Source: Gemmatimonadaceae bacterium (GTDB lineage Bacteria; Gemmatimonadota; Gemmatimonadetes; Gemmatimonadales; Gemmatimonadaceae). From it: 64,000 nt of DNA. Below the pieces are notes generated by a model, which saw nothing but the letters and a program-made list of their open reading frames with translations, had not been told where the DNA came from and did no database searches. Shown here piece by piece: positions 10,595-20,853 of this stretch. The number at the start of each line of letters is the position of its first letter. The stretch's first letter is position 1. The DNA lies in assembly GCA_045803545.1 (NCBI GenBank), contig JBJMOW010000002.1, positions 128,001 to 192,000 on the forward strand, in the 5' to 3' direction. The position numbers and the translations under genes were made by a program.

Positions 10595-11362
10595 TCATCC
10601 CTTGAAGAATTTGCTCCGCACTTCCCATAGCTTGGGGAAGAAGCGCTGCGAGACTGTTTTCTGCAGATATTTCGAGCCCAGGGTTCCTCCCGTGCCCGAT
10701 GTACCCGGGCCGATGATGCGCTCGACAAGCTGAACGTGCAGGAACCGCCACATCGCGAATCCCTGCTCATACTCCAACAGACTCTCGGCCAGCATCTGCA
10801 GCGGCCGCTGATTCTGCTCGGCGTAGATCTGTTCGAGTGTGACCTTGTGTGCCGAAAGAAGCTCGTCGAACAATTGCTGCAGCGTCGGTTTCGACAGCGC
10901 TTCGCGGACGAGGGGTGCGATTTCTCCGTGCTGCCTAAGCACCTGCATGAAGTGCTCGTCTCGCATTCCCGACATCGCTTCGATCGCGCGGAATTGTACA
11001 CTCTGCGAGCCGCTCGAGGTTCCGAGGTAGCCGCGAAACTGCGCGAATCGCTGCGGCGGGAGCGTCTCGAGCGCGGAGAGCTGTCCCGTGACGATGTGCA
11101 CGAGAGCGTTGACGCGTTTGACCGCATTCAACGCACCAAGCGTGTCGTGCCCTCGTAGCAGCTCAACGAGATGTTCGAGCTCGTGGATAATCAGCTTGAA
11201 CCACAGCTCGCTCGCCTGATGGACGATGATGAACAACAACTCGTCGGGGTGCTCGGGCCGCGATAGTGGTCGTTGCAGCGAGAGCAATTCATCGAGCGCG
11301 AGATAGGACGGATAAGTGACGTCGCCGTCGGACTTGGCGGATTTCTTCGCCTTACCAGTCAA
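10595..11362 (-). CDS. kynA: Tryptophan 2,3-dioxygenase family protein
   Basis: YLALDELLSLQ, HPDELLFIIVHQASELWFK, GTSSGSQSVQFR, GTGGTLGSKYL, FFPKLWEVR. Confidence 0.88.
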   Translation of the reverse strand: MTGKAKKSAKSDGDVTYPSYLALDELLSLQRPLSRPEHPDELLFIIVHQASELWFKLIIHELEHLVELLRGHDTLGALNAVKRVNALVHIVTGQLSALETLPPQRFAQFRGYLGTSSGSQSVQFRAIEAMSGMRDEHFMQVLRQHGEIAPLVREALSKPTLQQLFDELLSAHKVTLEQIYAEQNQRPLQMLAESLLEYEQGFAMWRFLHVQLVERIIGPGTSGTGGTLGSKYLQKTVSQRFFPKLWEVRSKFFKG

Positions 11363-12078
11363 AACGTCGACACCTCGAGCGCTGACACATCATCGACGCG
11401 CATTGTCTCGGTCGTGTAGAACGGCTCGCCGTAGCGACAACGAATGAGCGACCCATAATGAGCGGCGTGGTGCCGAATCAGGTCCGCGAGTGGCTCGCCG
11501 TTCGGGTAGACCTCACCGGCCTGCACTGCCTCGCCGAATTGAGAGTGGTACGCTGCAATGGCCTGGAGTTTCTTGTCGAACGAGTCGCTGATGTCGACCA
11601 CGAACGTCGGCTTCTGATAGTCTTCGCGAAACGACAGCGCGTGAACGACTTTGAGCGGCCGGTGCGCCGGCGAACTGGGCTCGATCTTTTTTAGCCCGGC
11701 CACGAAGCAGGCATCGCGCACGAGCTGAGCGACCATCGGATGATCCGGATGCCGCCCATGCAACGAGTGAGTTACGACGACGCGCGGCTGCAGCCGGCGA
11801 ATGACCAGCGCGACCTTCGCGCGGGTCTCAGGAGTGTTCAGAATTCCACTGTCGGGGAAACCGAGGTTCTCTCGCGTAGTGAGCCCCATGATTTTCGCCG
11901 CTTTGGCAGCCTCCTGCGCGCGCAGATCCGGCGAGCCTCTGCTCGCCATTTCGCCTGCAGCCAGATCCAGAATGGCGGTTGATCTGCCCAGCATCTGCGC
12001 GCGAATCAGCGTGCCGCCCGCAATCAGCTCTATGTCGTCGGGGTGTGCGCCAATCGCGAGAATGTCTACTCGTGTCAT
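11359..12078 (-). CDS. bshB1: Bacillithiol biosynthesis deacetylase (PIG-L family)
   Basis: AIGAHPDDIEL, GEMASRG, RHPDH, ACFVAGLKKI, PTFVVDIS. Confidence 0.85.
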   Translation of the reverse strand: MTRVDILAIGAHPDDIELIAGGTLIRAQMLGRSTAILDLAAGEMASRGSPDLRAQEAAKAAKIMGLTTRENLGFPDSGILNTPETRAKVALVIRRLQPRVVVTHSLHGRHPDHPMVAQLVRDACFVAGLKKIEPSSPAHRPLKVVHALSFREDYQKPTFVVDISDSFDKKLQAIAAYHSQFGEAVQAGEVYPNGEPLADLIRHHAAHYGSLIRCRYGEPFYTTETMRVDDVSALEVSTF

Positions 12079-12087
12079 GGCGGGAAT

Positions 12088-13332
12088 TTACTCGTAGCGG
12101 AGCGCGGCGATTGGATCGAGCTTCGCCGCTCGTTGAGCGGGCAGCATCCCGAAGATCAGGCCAATGCTTACCGAGACCAGCACGGCAACCGCCGTAAGGG
12201 CAAGTGGCACCGAGGCGTCGATGTTCATCGCCAGCGTCGCGAGCCGGCCGAACGTCAGCCCGATGATGATGCCGAGTAGGCCGCCCAAACCGGTGAGCGT
12301 CGCCGCCTCGACGAGGAACTGCAGCAGGATTTCTTTCCGTGTCGCGCCGAGTGCTTTCCGAATTCCAATCTCGCGCGTGCGACTGGTGACGGAAACCATC
12401 ATGATCGCCATCACGCCAATACCACCGACGAGCAACCCGACGCTGGACAGCACGATCATGACAAGGAAAAAGACGCCCGTGATCTTGTTGAAGGTGTCGA
12501 GAATCTGATCTTGTGTGATAAGATCGAAGTTATTCTTGTCCGCCGGCCGCAACCTGCGCATCTCGCGAAGCGCGATTGTCACCGCTTCCTGTGCCTGCGC
12601 GGTCGTGACGTCCTTTCTCGGCTTTACTGGGATGTACAGCGCGTTCGTTTTGTCGATGGTGAATTGGTGATCCATCATCGCGTACGGAATGACCGCACCG
12701 ACATCCTGCCCGGGCGGCGAGAAGATATTGTCCGGCTGTGCGTAAAGTCCGATCACTCGCGCGGGACGTCCGCTGATGTGGATTTGTTTGTCGATGACGG
12801 ACTCACGGCCGAACAGCTTGCGGGCTGCTTTCTCGTCGAGAACTGCGACGCTGGCGCCCGAAGCGAGCTCCGCTGGCGTGAACCAGCGGCCGTCGAGCAA
12901 TTCGCCACCCTGGATCTCCTGGTAGCGGTCATCGGCGCCCATGATCAGGACGTTCTGCGTCCGCTGTGCTTCGTAGGACAATCGACCGTTATTTTGGGCC
13001 CAGATGGCGGCGTATGACACTTCCGGCAGTTGCTTGATGCGCTCTGCCTCGGCGTCGACCAGATCGGGCCGCACTCGAATCCGCTTCGGCAGGCGGTCGG
13101 GGTTTACCGGCGTCTGGGAAAACACCTTCACCACGTAGAAGGTTGTCGGCCCGGCAATCTCGATCGTGCGTACGATCTGTTCCTGGATGCCCTGAACGAT
13201 CGCCGCCATCGTCATCACGGTCGATACGCCGATGACGACGCCGAGAATCGTGAGCGACGAACGCAGCTTGTTCGCTCGCAAGGTGTCGAGCGCGAGCTGC
13301 ACGTTGCTGGCGATTTTCTCGGTGACGATCAT
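12088..13332 (-). CDS. MacB/FtsX-family ABC permease (type B, copy 2)
   Basis: NKLRSSLTILGVVIGV, GGIGVMAIMMVSVTSRTREIGIRKALGA, DPIAALRYE. Confidence 0.92.
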   Translation of the reverse strand: MIVTEKIASNVQLALDTLRANKLRSSLTILGVVIGVSTVMTMAAIVQGIQEQIVRTIEIAGPTTFYVVKVFSQTPVNPDRLPKRIRVRPDLVDAEAERIKQLPEVSYAAIWAQNNGRLSYEAQRTQNVLIMGADDRYQEIQGGELLDGRWFTPAELASGASVAVLDEKAARKLFGRESVIDKQIHISGRPARVIGLYAQPDNIFSPPGQDVGAVIPYAMMDHQFTIDKTNALYIPVKPRKDVTTAQAQEAVTIALREMRRLRPADKNNFDLITQDQILDTFNKITGVFFLVMIVLSSVGLLVGGIGVMAIMMVSVTSRTREIGIRKALGATRKEILLQFLVEAATLTGLGGLLGIIIGLTFGRLATLAMNIDASVPLALTAVAVLVSVSIGLIFGMLPAQRAAKLDPIAALRYE

Positions 13333-14570
13333 TCCGCGCGCAAGGCATCAATAGGGTCGAGCTGCGCGGCACGCGAGGCCGGATACACTCCGAATAGCAC
13401 GCCGACTCCGGCACCAAGACTGAGCGCCAGCATCACTGACCACGCGCTGACCCGTGCCGGCAGCGGCGATGCGAGACTGACCAGGCCAGCCAGTCCCCAT
13501 CCGGCAACCACGCCAAACAGTCCGCCAATGCTGGCGAGCACGATCGCCTCTACGAGAAACTGCCGCTGAATGTCGCCGCGCTTGGCGCCCATCGCCTTGC
13601 GTACTCCTATCTCATGAGTGCGCTCGGTAACCGACATCAGCATGATGTTCATGATCACGATTCCGCCTACGACGACTCCGATCGCGACGATCGCGGGGAT
13701 CACCGAGAAGAGAATGCGCGTCAGATTCTTCCAGAAATCGACAAGAGCGTCGGCGGTCTCCACTGAGTAATCGGGTTCATCCGCGGGCCGCAGGTGATGC
13801 GCGACCCGCATTGCCTCGTCGGCGCGCAGCATGCCGCTCGGCACCAGATCGGCGCTCGGCATTTTTACGGACACGTTGTTCGTTTTGCGGCGACCGAACA
13901 CCATCTCGAAGTTCGGCAACGGCAGCAGTACGAAGCCATCGAAGGACTGGCCGAGCACGCGTCCCTTTTTCGCGATCGTGCCAACGACGGTGAACCGTTG
14001 CCCGAGAATGCGAATATCCTGACCAACTGGATCCACATTCTCGAACAGCTTCTCGCTGATGTCGGCGCCAATGACGGCGACGGAATGGTGTTCACGCACG
14101 TCGACATCGTTGATCGGACGGCCGCTGGCGAACACGTAATCCTGGACGGTCTGGTAGGGGGCGGTGATACCGAAGATGGCGACGTCGGCCTGCGTCTTGT
14201 TTCTCCAGACGAGGTCGGCAATTGGCACCGGCCAGCCCGTCTGCATGCTCACCGCGACCGCCTCTGGCACTGCCGCCTCGACTGCTGCCGCGTCCGATTC
14301 GGTTAACCGCGGCCGCCGCTGCAGCCGACGCCATTCTTCGTCATCAAACAACCCGATTCGAATCGGAGTTCTGCGGACCTGGAATGTGTTGGCGCCGATC
14401 AGTGCGCTGGCGAGGTTTTCCTTCACGTACGCATTCATTCCTGAGATGATGGCGACGACGGCCACCAGGAAGGCCACGGAAACGATGATGCCGAGCAGCG
14501 TGAAGAACGACCGCAGCTTGTTGACGCGGATCTGCTGGAGCGCGGTCGTGATGACGTCGGCGAAACGCAC
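13329..14570 (-). CDS. MacB/FtsX-family ABC permease (type A, copy 2)
   Basis: NKLRSFFTLLGI, GGIVIMNIMLMSVTERTHEIGVRKAMGA, DPIDALRAE. Confidence 0.92.
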   Translation of the reverse strand: MRFADVITTALQQIRVNKLRSFFTLLGIIVSVAFLVAVVAIISGMNAYVKENLASALIGANTFQVRRTPIRIGLFDDEEWRRLQRRPRLTESDAAAVEAAVPEAVAVSMQTGWPVPIADLVWRNKTQADVAIFGITAPYQTVQDYVFASGRPINDVDVREHHSVAVIGADISEKLFENVDPVGQDIRILGQRFTVVGTIAKKGRVLGQSFDGFVLLPLPNFEMVFGRRKTNNVSVKMPSADLVPSGMLRADEAMRVAHHLRPADEPDYSVETADALVDFWKNLTRILFSVIPAIVAIGVVVGGIVIMNIMLMSVTERTHEIGVRKAMGAKRGDIQRQFLVEAIVLASIGGLFGVVAGWGLAGLVSLASPLPARVSAWSVMLALSLGAGVGVLFGVYPASRAAQLDPIDALRAE

Positions 14571-14608
14571 GCCCTAATTTCGGGTAGTGCGCCGCGGTGC
14601 GCTACACT

Positions 14609-15880
14609 TTACTCGTAGCGCAGCGCTTCGACGGGATCGAGGCGAGCGGCGCGGGCCGCGGGGAGCAGGCCAAACAGAATGCCGGTGAAGGCGCTGGTTG
14701 CCAGAGCGGCCACCACGGCTGAAACAGGCGTCGATGCCGGGACGGCGGGGAACGCCGTCTTGATGCCAAGTGCGACGAGGATGCCGAGCACCAGCCCGAT
14801 CGCCGCCCCGATACTGGTGAGGGTCGCCGCCTCAACCAGGAACTGCCAGAGGATTGCGCTCTTCGTCGCGCCGAGCGCTTTACGCACACCAATCTCACGA
14901 GTGCGCTCAGTAACGCTGATCATCATGATCGCGACGACACCCACGCCGCCGACCAGCAGTCCGACCGAGGACAACGCGAGGCCGACCACGAAGAACGTGC
15001 CGAAAAGCTTATTGTAGATGCCCATCAGGCGATCCTGCGTCACGATCTCGAAGTTGTTCTTCTGCGAGCCGCGCAGTCCGCGACGAGAGCGCATTAGAGC
15101 GGTCACATCGTCTGTTGCTTCAGCCGTCGTCACGCCGGGCTCCGGCTTCACGATAAGGTCAACGCCGCGCATCCACGGATTCAGACTGCGGCGCGCACTC
15201 TCGAATGGTGCGATTGCCTTCGCCTGATCACCGCCGCCCGCTGACGTCGGCGTGCCCATCGGACTCGCCGTGTAGTGGTAGACGCCGATCACCTGGAACT
15301 GCACGCCATTGACGCCAATCATCTTGTCGATGGGATCCGAGGATCCGAACAGCCGTTCCGCAAGTTTCTGATTGACGATGATCACGCGCGACGCCGTCGT
15401 ATTCTCGGCGTACGTGAAGCTGCGTCCCGGATAGATGTCACCGCCATCTACATCGACCCAATTCGGCGTGTAGATCTCCATCCCCGTGCTCACCTGCTTG
15501 TCCTTATAGGTGAACTTTGCGCCGTCACCGATGTGAGCAGTTACCGCTTTGATTGATGGCAAGCGTTCCATCGCCTGCGCGTCGTCGATGGTGAGCGGCG
15601 GGTTGCGCCGCTCCGGACATGTCTCATCAGAGCCGTCGCAAGCCTGGAACCCGCCGATTGGACGGCGATAGATGTAGAACGACGTCGGCCCCGCCGCCTC
15701 GAGATCACGCGCGAAGCTCTCGTTGATTCCGCGAACGACCGACGACATCGCGACAACGACGAACACACCGATCGCGACGCCCATGATGGTGAGCGCGGCT
15801 CTGACCTTGTTGGAGCGGATCGAGTCGACCGCCATGCCAACGCCTTCGAAAGCGTTGAAGACTCGCTGCGCGAGGCGCAT
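14609..15880 (-). CDS. MacB/FtsX-family ABC permease (type B, copy 1)
   Basis: NKVRAALTIMGVAIGV, GGVGVVAIMMISVTERTREIG, DPVEALRYE; start placed at ATG 15880 after a GGAG-type RBS. Confidence 0.92.
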   Translation of the reverse strand: MRLAQRVFNAFEGVGMAVDSIRSNKVRAALTIMGVAIGVFVVVAMSSVVRGINESFARDLEAAGPTSFYIYRRPIGGFQACDGSDETCPERRNPPLTIDDAQAMERLPSIKAVTAHIGDGAKFTYKDKQVSTGMEIYTPNWVDVDGGDIYPGRSFTYAENTTASRVIIVNQKLAERLFGSSDPIDKMIGVNGVQFQVIGVYHYTASPMGTPTSAGGGDQAKAIAPFESARRSLNPWMRGVDLIVKPEPGVTTAEATDDVTALMRSRRGLRGSQKNNFEIVTQDRLMGIYNKLFGTFFVVGLALSSVGLLVGGVGVVAIMMISVTERTREIGVRKALGATKSAILWQFLVEAATLTSIGAAIGLVLGILVALGIKTAFPAVPASTPVSAVVAALATSAFTGILFGLLPAARAARLDPVEALRYE

Positions 15881-15882
15881 AG

Positions 15883-17124
15883 CTACTCCCTCCTCATCGC
15901 TTCGATCGGATCGAGCGAGGCGGCGCGGCGGGCTGGATAGATGCCTGACAGAATGCCGACCACCGTGCCCAGGAGTGTCGCCATGACGATTGACCACGGA
16001 GCGATCGCTGCCGGGAGCGGAGTTTTCCACTCGACAACCTTGGCGATGACGATGCCGAGAAGAATGCCGATGATTGCGCCGAGAGTGCTGAGCGTCGCCG
16101 CCTCGACCAGGAATTGGCGCATGATGTCGCGGCGCCTGGCGCCCAGTGATTTGCGGATGCCGATCTCTCGTGTGCGCTCTGCGACCGCGACGAGCATGAT
16201 GTTCATGATCACCATGCCGCCGACAATGAGGCCGATAGCGGGGAAGGCAGTGCCGGCCATGGTCATCACCTTCTTGAGCTTGTCCATGAACGCCAGCGCG
16301 CTCTCCGACGTCTCCATGAAGAAGTTGTCAGCCTCACTGGGCCGCAGCTTGCGCTTGCCGCGCATTACTTCGCGCACCGATTCCATTGCGTCCGTGAGAG
16401 TCAGTGCGGTCGGCGTCTGCACCATGATGCCGTCGACATCACCGCGCGGATTGGTGAAGTGGTGGAGCGGCGAGTTGTACGGTGCGATCGCAATTCGGTC
16501 GAGTGACAGACCAAACACGGAACCCTGTTTCTCGAGAACACCGATCACGGTGTAAGGCATGCCCTTGATGCGCAGCTGGCGATTGAGCGGATCGAGGTCG
16601 GGGAAGAAGTACTTCGCGACTTCGTCTCCAATCACGACGACCGGCGCTCCGAGAGATGATTCCTGCTGCGTGAACAGCCGACCCGAGTGAACGTCGTACT
16701 TCTTGATCGTGAAATAGTCGCCGTCGACGGCGTGGGCTTCGACCTGCTTCGGCCGGGCGAATGGCGATTGCGCCTGCAGGTACTCCTGGCTCTCTACCGC
16801 GTAGCGCGATCCAGTCGGGAGGACGCTGGCCACGAGCGGCAGGTCAGCGTGATAGATGCGTGGACGGCGCAACCAGCTGCGCCATTCCTCCTCTGAGCTG
16901 GCGCCGTCGCCGAACCATGGGAAGCGGCGCAGCGTGAAAGTGTTCACGCCGAGCAGCTTCGCCGCGAAATCGTTCTCCATGTAGCTACTCATGCCCTGCA
17001 CGATCGAGATGACCGCGATCAGGAACATCACGCCAATGCAGACGCCGAGCAGCGTGAAAAAACTCTTCAGCTTTTGCACGCGGATCTGCGCCAGAGCGAG
17101 CCAGATGGCTTCCGCGAACGGCAC
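15883..17124 (-). CDS. MacB/FtsX-family ABC permease (type A, copy 1)
   Basis: QKLKSFFTLLGV, GGMVIMNIMLVAVAERTREIG, DPIEAMRRE. Confidence 0.92.
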   Translation of the reverse strand: MPFAEAIWLALAQIRVQKLKSFFTLLGVCIGVMFLIAVISIVQGMSSYMENDFAAKLLGVNTFTLRRFPWFGDGASSEEEWRSWLRRPRIYHADLPLVASVLPTGSRYAVESQEYLQAQSPFARPKQVEAHAVDGDYFTIKKYDVHSGRLFTQQESSLGAPVVVIGDEVAKYFFPDLDPLNRQLRIKGMPYTVIGVLEKQGSVFGLSLDRIAIAPYNSPLHHFTNPRGDVDGIMVQTPTALTLTDAMESVREVMRGKRKLRPSEADNFFMETSESALAFMDKLKKVMTMAGTAFPAIGLIVGGMVIMNIMLVAVAERTREIGIRKSLGARRRDIMRQFLVEAATLSTLGAIIGILLGIVIAKVVEWKTPLPAAIAPWSIVMATLLGTVVGILSGIYPARRAASLDPIEAMRRE

Positions 17125-17126
17125 TT

Positions 17127-17942
17127 CTACTCGCGGTTGGAAAGGGCGGGCGGAGCGATGCCGGCGGACTTGATGAACGTCGCGCGCTTGTCATCGCTGG
17201 ATACCAGGCCGTCACGAAGCACGATGACGCGGCGCGCGTGAGCGGCGATGTCGGGCTCGTGGGTGACCATGATGACGGTCTGCCCCTGCTCGGCCAGTCC
17301 CTCGAACACGCGCATGATTTCTTCCGAAGTCGTCGAGTCGAGATTACCGGTCGGTTCGTCGGCAAGGAGAATGGATGGTTTGTTGACCAACGCGCGTGCG
17401 ATGGCGACGCGTTGCCGTTGACCGCCGGACAGCTCATTCGGCCGGTGATTGATGCGGTCGCCGAGTTGAACCCGCTCCAGCGCCTCAATCGCGCGTTGTT
17501 TTCTGTTGTCACCGGAAACGCCGGCATAGACGAGAGGCAGCTCGACGTTGTGGAGAGCAGTCGCGCGCGGGAGGAGGTTGAAAGTCTGAAAGACGAACCC
17601 GATTTCCTTGTTCCGCACGCGCGCCAGCTCGTCTTCGTCTTTCTCGGAAACGATCGTGCCGTTAAGCCAATACTCGCCGGCAGTTGGCGTATCGAGACAG
17701 CCGATCAGGTTCATCAGCGTCGATTTGCCGGAGCCTGACGGACCCATGATCGCCACGTATTCGTTGCGTCTGATCGCGATGTCGACACCACGCAGGGCTT
17801 TAACGACTTCGCCGCCCATGTCGTAGTCCCGTCGCAGGCCGCGTGTGACGATTACCCAGTCTTTCTCCGGTGCCGCGCCTGTGTTCGCGGCAACTGCCTG
17901 ACGCTCAGCGGTGGTGCTGAGCGGAATTTCTTCAGTGTGCAT
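17127..17942 (-). CDS. ABC transporter ATP-binding protein (MacB/LolD type)
   Basis: [33 protein letters not shown]. Confidence 0.95.
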   Translation of the reverse strand: MHTEEIPLSTTAERQAVAANTGAAPEKDWVIVTRGLRRDYDMGGEVVKALRGVDIAIRRNEYVAIMGPSGSGKSTLMNLIGCLDTPTAGEYWLNGTIVSEKDEDELARVRNKEIGFVFQTFNLLPRATALHNVELPLVYAGVSGDNRKQRAIEALERVQLGDRINHRPNELSGGQRQRVAIARALVNKPSILLADEPTGNLDSTTSEEIMRVFEGLAEQGQTVIMVTHEPDIAAHARRVIVLRDGLVSSDDKRATFIKSAGIAPPALSNRE

Positions 17943-19231
17943 TATGATTTGGCGACTTCGCCCGGCTTCTTGGGCTGTTCCTTCTGCGCGCGCACGGTTG
18001 CGCCATCCTTGAGCTCGCGGATTGCCTGATACGTGCCACCGACGATGTTTTCCCCTTCCTTGAGCCCGTTCACGACTTCGAAGTACTTCTCGCCCGCGAT
18101 ACCAACCTTTACGGGGCGGAAGCCGACTTTGCTGTTGGCGCCGACCACGAATACGCCTTCGATATCCCGCTTTCCGACCTCCTTCGTTGGCCCTCGCTTC
18201 GCCAGAGTCAATGCAGTATCCGGCTTCACACTATCCTCGCGCACGGTCAGCGCGATGATCGGAATCGACAGCACGCTGTTGCGGATCGATGTGATGATCT
18301 TGGCAGTCGCTGAAAAATCCGGGCGCGTGTCGGGCGGCGCGTTGAGAAGCTGGATCGTGACTTCATAGTCGATCGCCTGGTCCGTCGAACCGCCGGTTCC
18401 ACCGGTGCTCGCGGCCTTCACCGAGCTGTTGGAGATGTCGGTGACGCGGCCGACAAAAGTCGTATCCGGGAACGCATCGAGCTGCACGACCGTCGAATCG
18501 CCGATCTTGATGCGCGAGACGTCGGTTTCATCGACCTTCACCTTCGTCTCGAGCACGCTCATGTCACTGATGGTGAGCATGGTGGCGGCGTCCTTGTTGA
18601 ATGTGCCCTGGATCGCCGTCTCGCCCTGCTCGACGCTCAGCCTCGTGATGCGGCCGCTCATCGGTGCAACGATCGTCGTCTTGCTCAACAACGACTGCGA
18701 GTCGCGCAGAGATGCATTCGCCTGATCGACGGCGTGCGTGGCCGCCTCAAGTGCCGCCTGGTTTACATCGAGCTGGGTGCGGAGTTGTTCAATCTGCTCA
18801 TCGGATACGAGCGTTGGATTTGCCTTCTTGAGGGCCATCAAACGATCGTAGTTGCGTTGCGCCTGGAGCACGGCGGGCTTGGCTTGTGCCGCCTGCGCCT
18901 TGGCCGATGCGACCGCTGCCACAGCGCGCTCGACTGACGCGCGATACTGTGACGGGTCGATCTCCAGCAGGAACTGGCCGGAGGTCACCATCTGACCTTC
19001 CTTCACCGCCAGGCGCACAATGCGTCCGCTGATGTCGGCGCTAATGTCAACCTTGGTGTGCGGCTGTACTTGTCCGCTCGCTGTCACCGACGCAACCAGA
19101 TCACGACGTTGGACTTTCTCGATCCGCACCTCGGTCGCCTTGTTGCGGCCCTTCATCGCGCTTGTCACGCCGATGATCAGGACGGCGAGGCCAATCGCGC
19201 CGGCTACCGTCCACTTGGTTCTTTTCTTCAT
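17942..19231 (-). CDS. Periplasmic adaptor (MacA/HlyD-family membrane fusion protein)
   Basis: N-terminal anchor, VTASGQV, lipoyl half-motifs ([23 protein letters not shown]) flanking a coiled-coil hairpin. Confidence 0.92.
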   Translation of the reverse strand: MKKRTKWTVAGAIGLAVLIIGVTSAMKGRNKATEVRIEKVQRRDLVASVTASGQVQPHTKVDISADISGRIVRLAVKEGQMVTSGQFLLEIDPSQYRASVERAVAAVASAKAQAAQAKPAVLQAQRNYDRLMALKKANPTLVSDEQIEQLRTQLDVNQAALEAATHAVDQANASLRDSQSLLSKTTIVAPMSGRITRLSVEQGETAIQGTFNKDAATMLTISDMSVLETKVKVDETDVSRIKIGDSTVVQLDAFPDTTFVGRVTDISNSSVKAASTGGTGGSTDQAIDYEVTIQLLNAPPDTRPDFSATAKIITSIRNSVLSIPIIALTVREDSVKPDTALTLAKRGPTKEVGKRDIEGVFVVGANSKVGFRPVKVGIAGEKYFEVVNGLKEGENIVGGTYQAIRELKDGATVRAQKEQPKKPGEVAKS

Positions 19232-19242
19232 TTGTCGTCCGA

Positions 19243-20727
19243 TTAGCGAAGGGAATGCCCAACGGCGCTTTCAAGAGCGGCGAAGGCTTTGTGGTAGTCG
19301 TAAATCGCGGTGATTCGTTCACTCTCCGCGCGCTCGTATGTCGCCCGCGCTTCGGTGAGGTCAACGTACGTCGTTGCGCCGATTCTGTAGCGGTCCTGGA
19401 CGAGCTTGAGCTCCTGCTTCGCCTTGGCGCCGTTCTGCTCCTGCAGCGCGACAGTTTTCTCCGCTGTCTGCAGTATCAGATATGCCGCGGTGACATCTGC
19501 GGTCAGCGCCAGCTCCTTTGCGCGAACCAGGTAGCGCGCGTCGGAGCGGTTCGCCTGCGCTTCCTGCAGCCGCTGCTCGCGCGCGAATCCATCGAAGATC
19601 GGCAGCGACAAAGTCGCGCTCACGCTACGGGGTGACTTCGTGAAACTGAAAGGAAACTTCGCGTTCTGATCGCGAATCGACTGCGCATCAGTGCTGGTGA
19701 ACTCCATTGCCGTGCATTGGGAAAGCTGGTTCGTCAGACCTAAAGCGGCGCGAACTTCTTCCGTCCGGATGCAGCTGGCGCGGCTCGCCTCGAGATTCGC
19801 AGCCGCCTGCTGAACGGGGAAAGCCGAGTTGGCGAAGCCGTAGGTGTAACCACCGATGCCAGTGCTGAGCGTCAGCGTCGGAGAGTACTCACCCTTCTCG
19901 CGGCGCACGTTGAGATCCGCAACGTGCTGGCGTGAGCGAAGAGCCAGCACACTCGGGTTTTGCTGCTGCGCCAGCGCGAGAAGGTCATTCAGACTTTGGC
20001 GAATCGGTGTAACGACAAACTCAGTCACCAGCTTCACATTCGGCGGCTGCTGGGTCCCCATCAACTGAAACAGTCTCAGCTTCTCGATATCGACCTGACT
20101 GCGCGCCTTGAGCGCCTGTACCTTTTGCAGACCGAGTGCGACGTCTGCGCGCTGGATGTCGAGCTGGGTCCCAGAACCGACGATTTCACGAGCCTGCGCC
20201 AATACCAGCTCCTGCTGCGCTGCGACAACGAGCGAGTCCTCCAGATCGGCATTGGCCTCCGCCTGCAACGTCGTCAGGTACTGTTGCGAGACAGAGTTAC
20301 GAAGGGTTTCCGTGGCGCCGGTGATGTCCGCCTCGACTGCGTCACGATTCGCGCGCTGCAGACTGGGCGTGATAAGAGTTGCGCTGTTGAGGCGATAGCC
20401 GAATCCAATCTCATAACTCGACTGATTGACGTCCGAGCTGGCCCCCAGGCTGGTGCCGCTGAAAATCTGCTGGCCGCCCTGCTGGCGCTGAATGTTGAAC
20501 GAGGCGTCCGCGGTCGGGAGCAACGCACCGTAGGCGCTCCGCACGGCGGCTTGGGCTCCGATGCGGTTGTTGAGGGTCTGCTGGAGCTCCGGATTGTTCC
20601 GCCGCGCCAGCGCGATCGCCTGGTCAATCGTAAGTGTTGTCGTGGCCGTGGTATCCGTCGCAGTACTCTGCGCGGATGCGCGTGCGCTGACGACGACTAG
20701 ACCGATGAGAATCAGTGTTCGCTTCAT
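19243..20727 (-). CDS. TolC-family outer membrane efflux protein
   Basis: Signal peptide MKRTLILIG..ASAQ, LTIDQAIALARRNNPEL, two OEP repeats, RYRIGATTYVDL, ALESAVG. Confidence 0.9.
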   Translation of the reverse strand: MKRTLILIGLVVVSARASAQSTATDTTATTTLTIDQAIALARRNNPELQQTLNNRIGAQAAVRSAYGALLPTADASFNIQRQQGGQQIFSGTSLGASSDVNQSSYEIGFGYRLNSATLITPSLQRANRDAVEADITGATETLRNSVSQQYLTTLQAEANADLEDSLVVAAQQELVLAQAREIVGSGTQLDIQRADVALGLQKVQALKARSQVDIEKLRLFQLMGTQQPPNVKLVTEFVVTPIRQSLNDLLALAQQQNPSVLALRSRQHVADLNVRREKGEYSPTLTLSTGIGGYTYGFANSAFPVQQAAANLEASRASCIRTEEVRAALGLTNQLSQCTAMEFTSTDAQSIRDQNAKFPFSFTKSPRSVSATLSLPIFDGFAREQRLQEAQANRSDARYLVRAKELALTADVTAAYLILQTAEKTVALQEQNGAKAKQELKLVQDRYRIGATTYVDLTEARATYERAESERITAIYDYHKAFAALESAVGHSLR

Positions 20728-20853
20728 TATGGGAGAGGTGAGCTTTTTGACAATGTACGGGCAACTATACAACAGAGTTTCAGGCCCGAACACAGGAAGT
20801 TTTCTTAAGAAACGGTTAACTCCCAGCCTCGCCGAAGATCCTACGGCGTAGCG

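Noticed and set aside
14584..14605. Imperfect palindrome between the permease pairs as a terminator
   Set aside because: Pairs well only with G-U wobble on the non-coding strand and has mismatches in the mRNA sense
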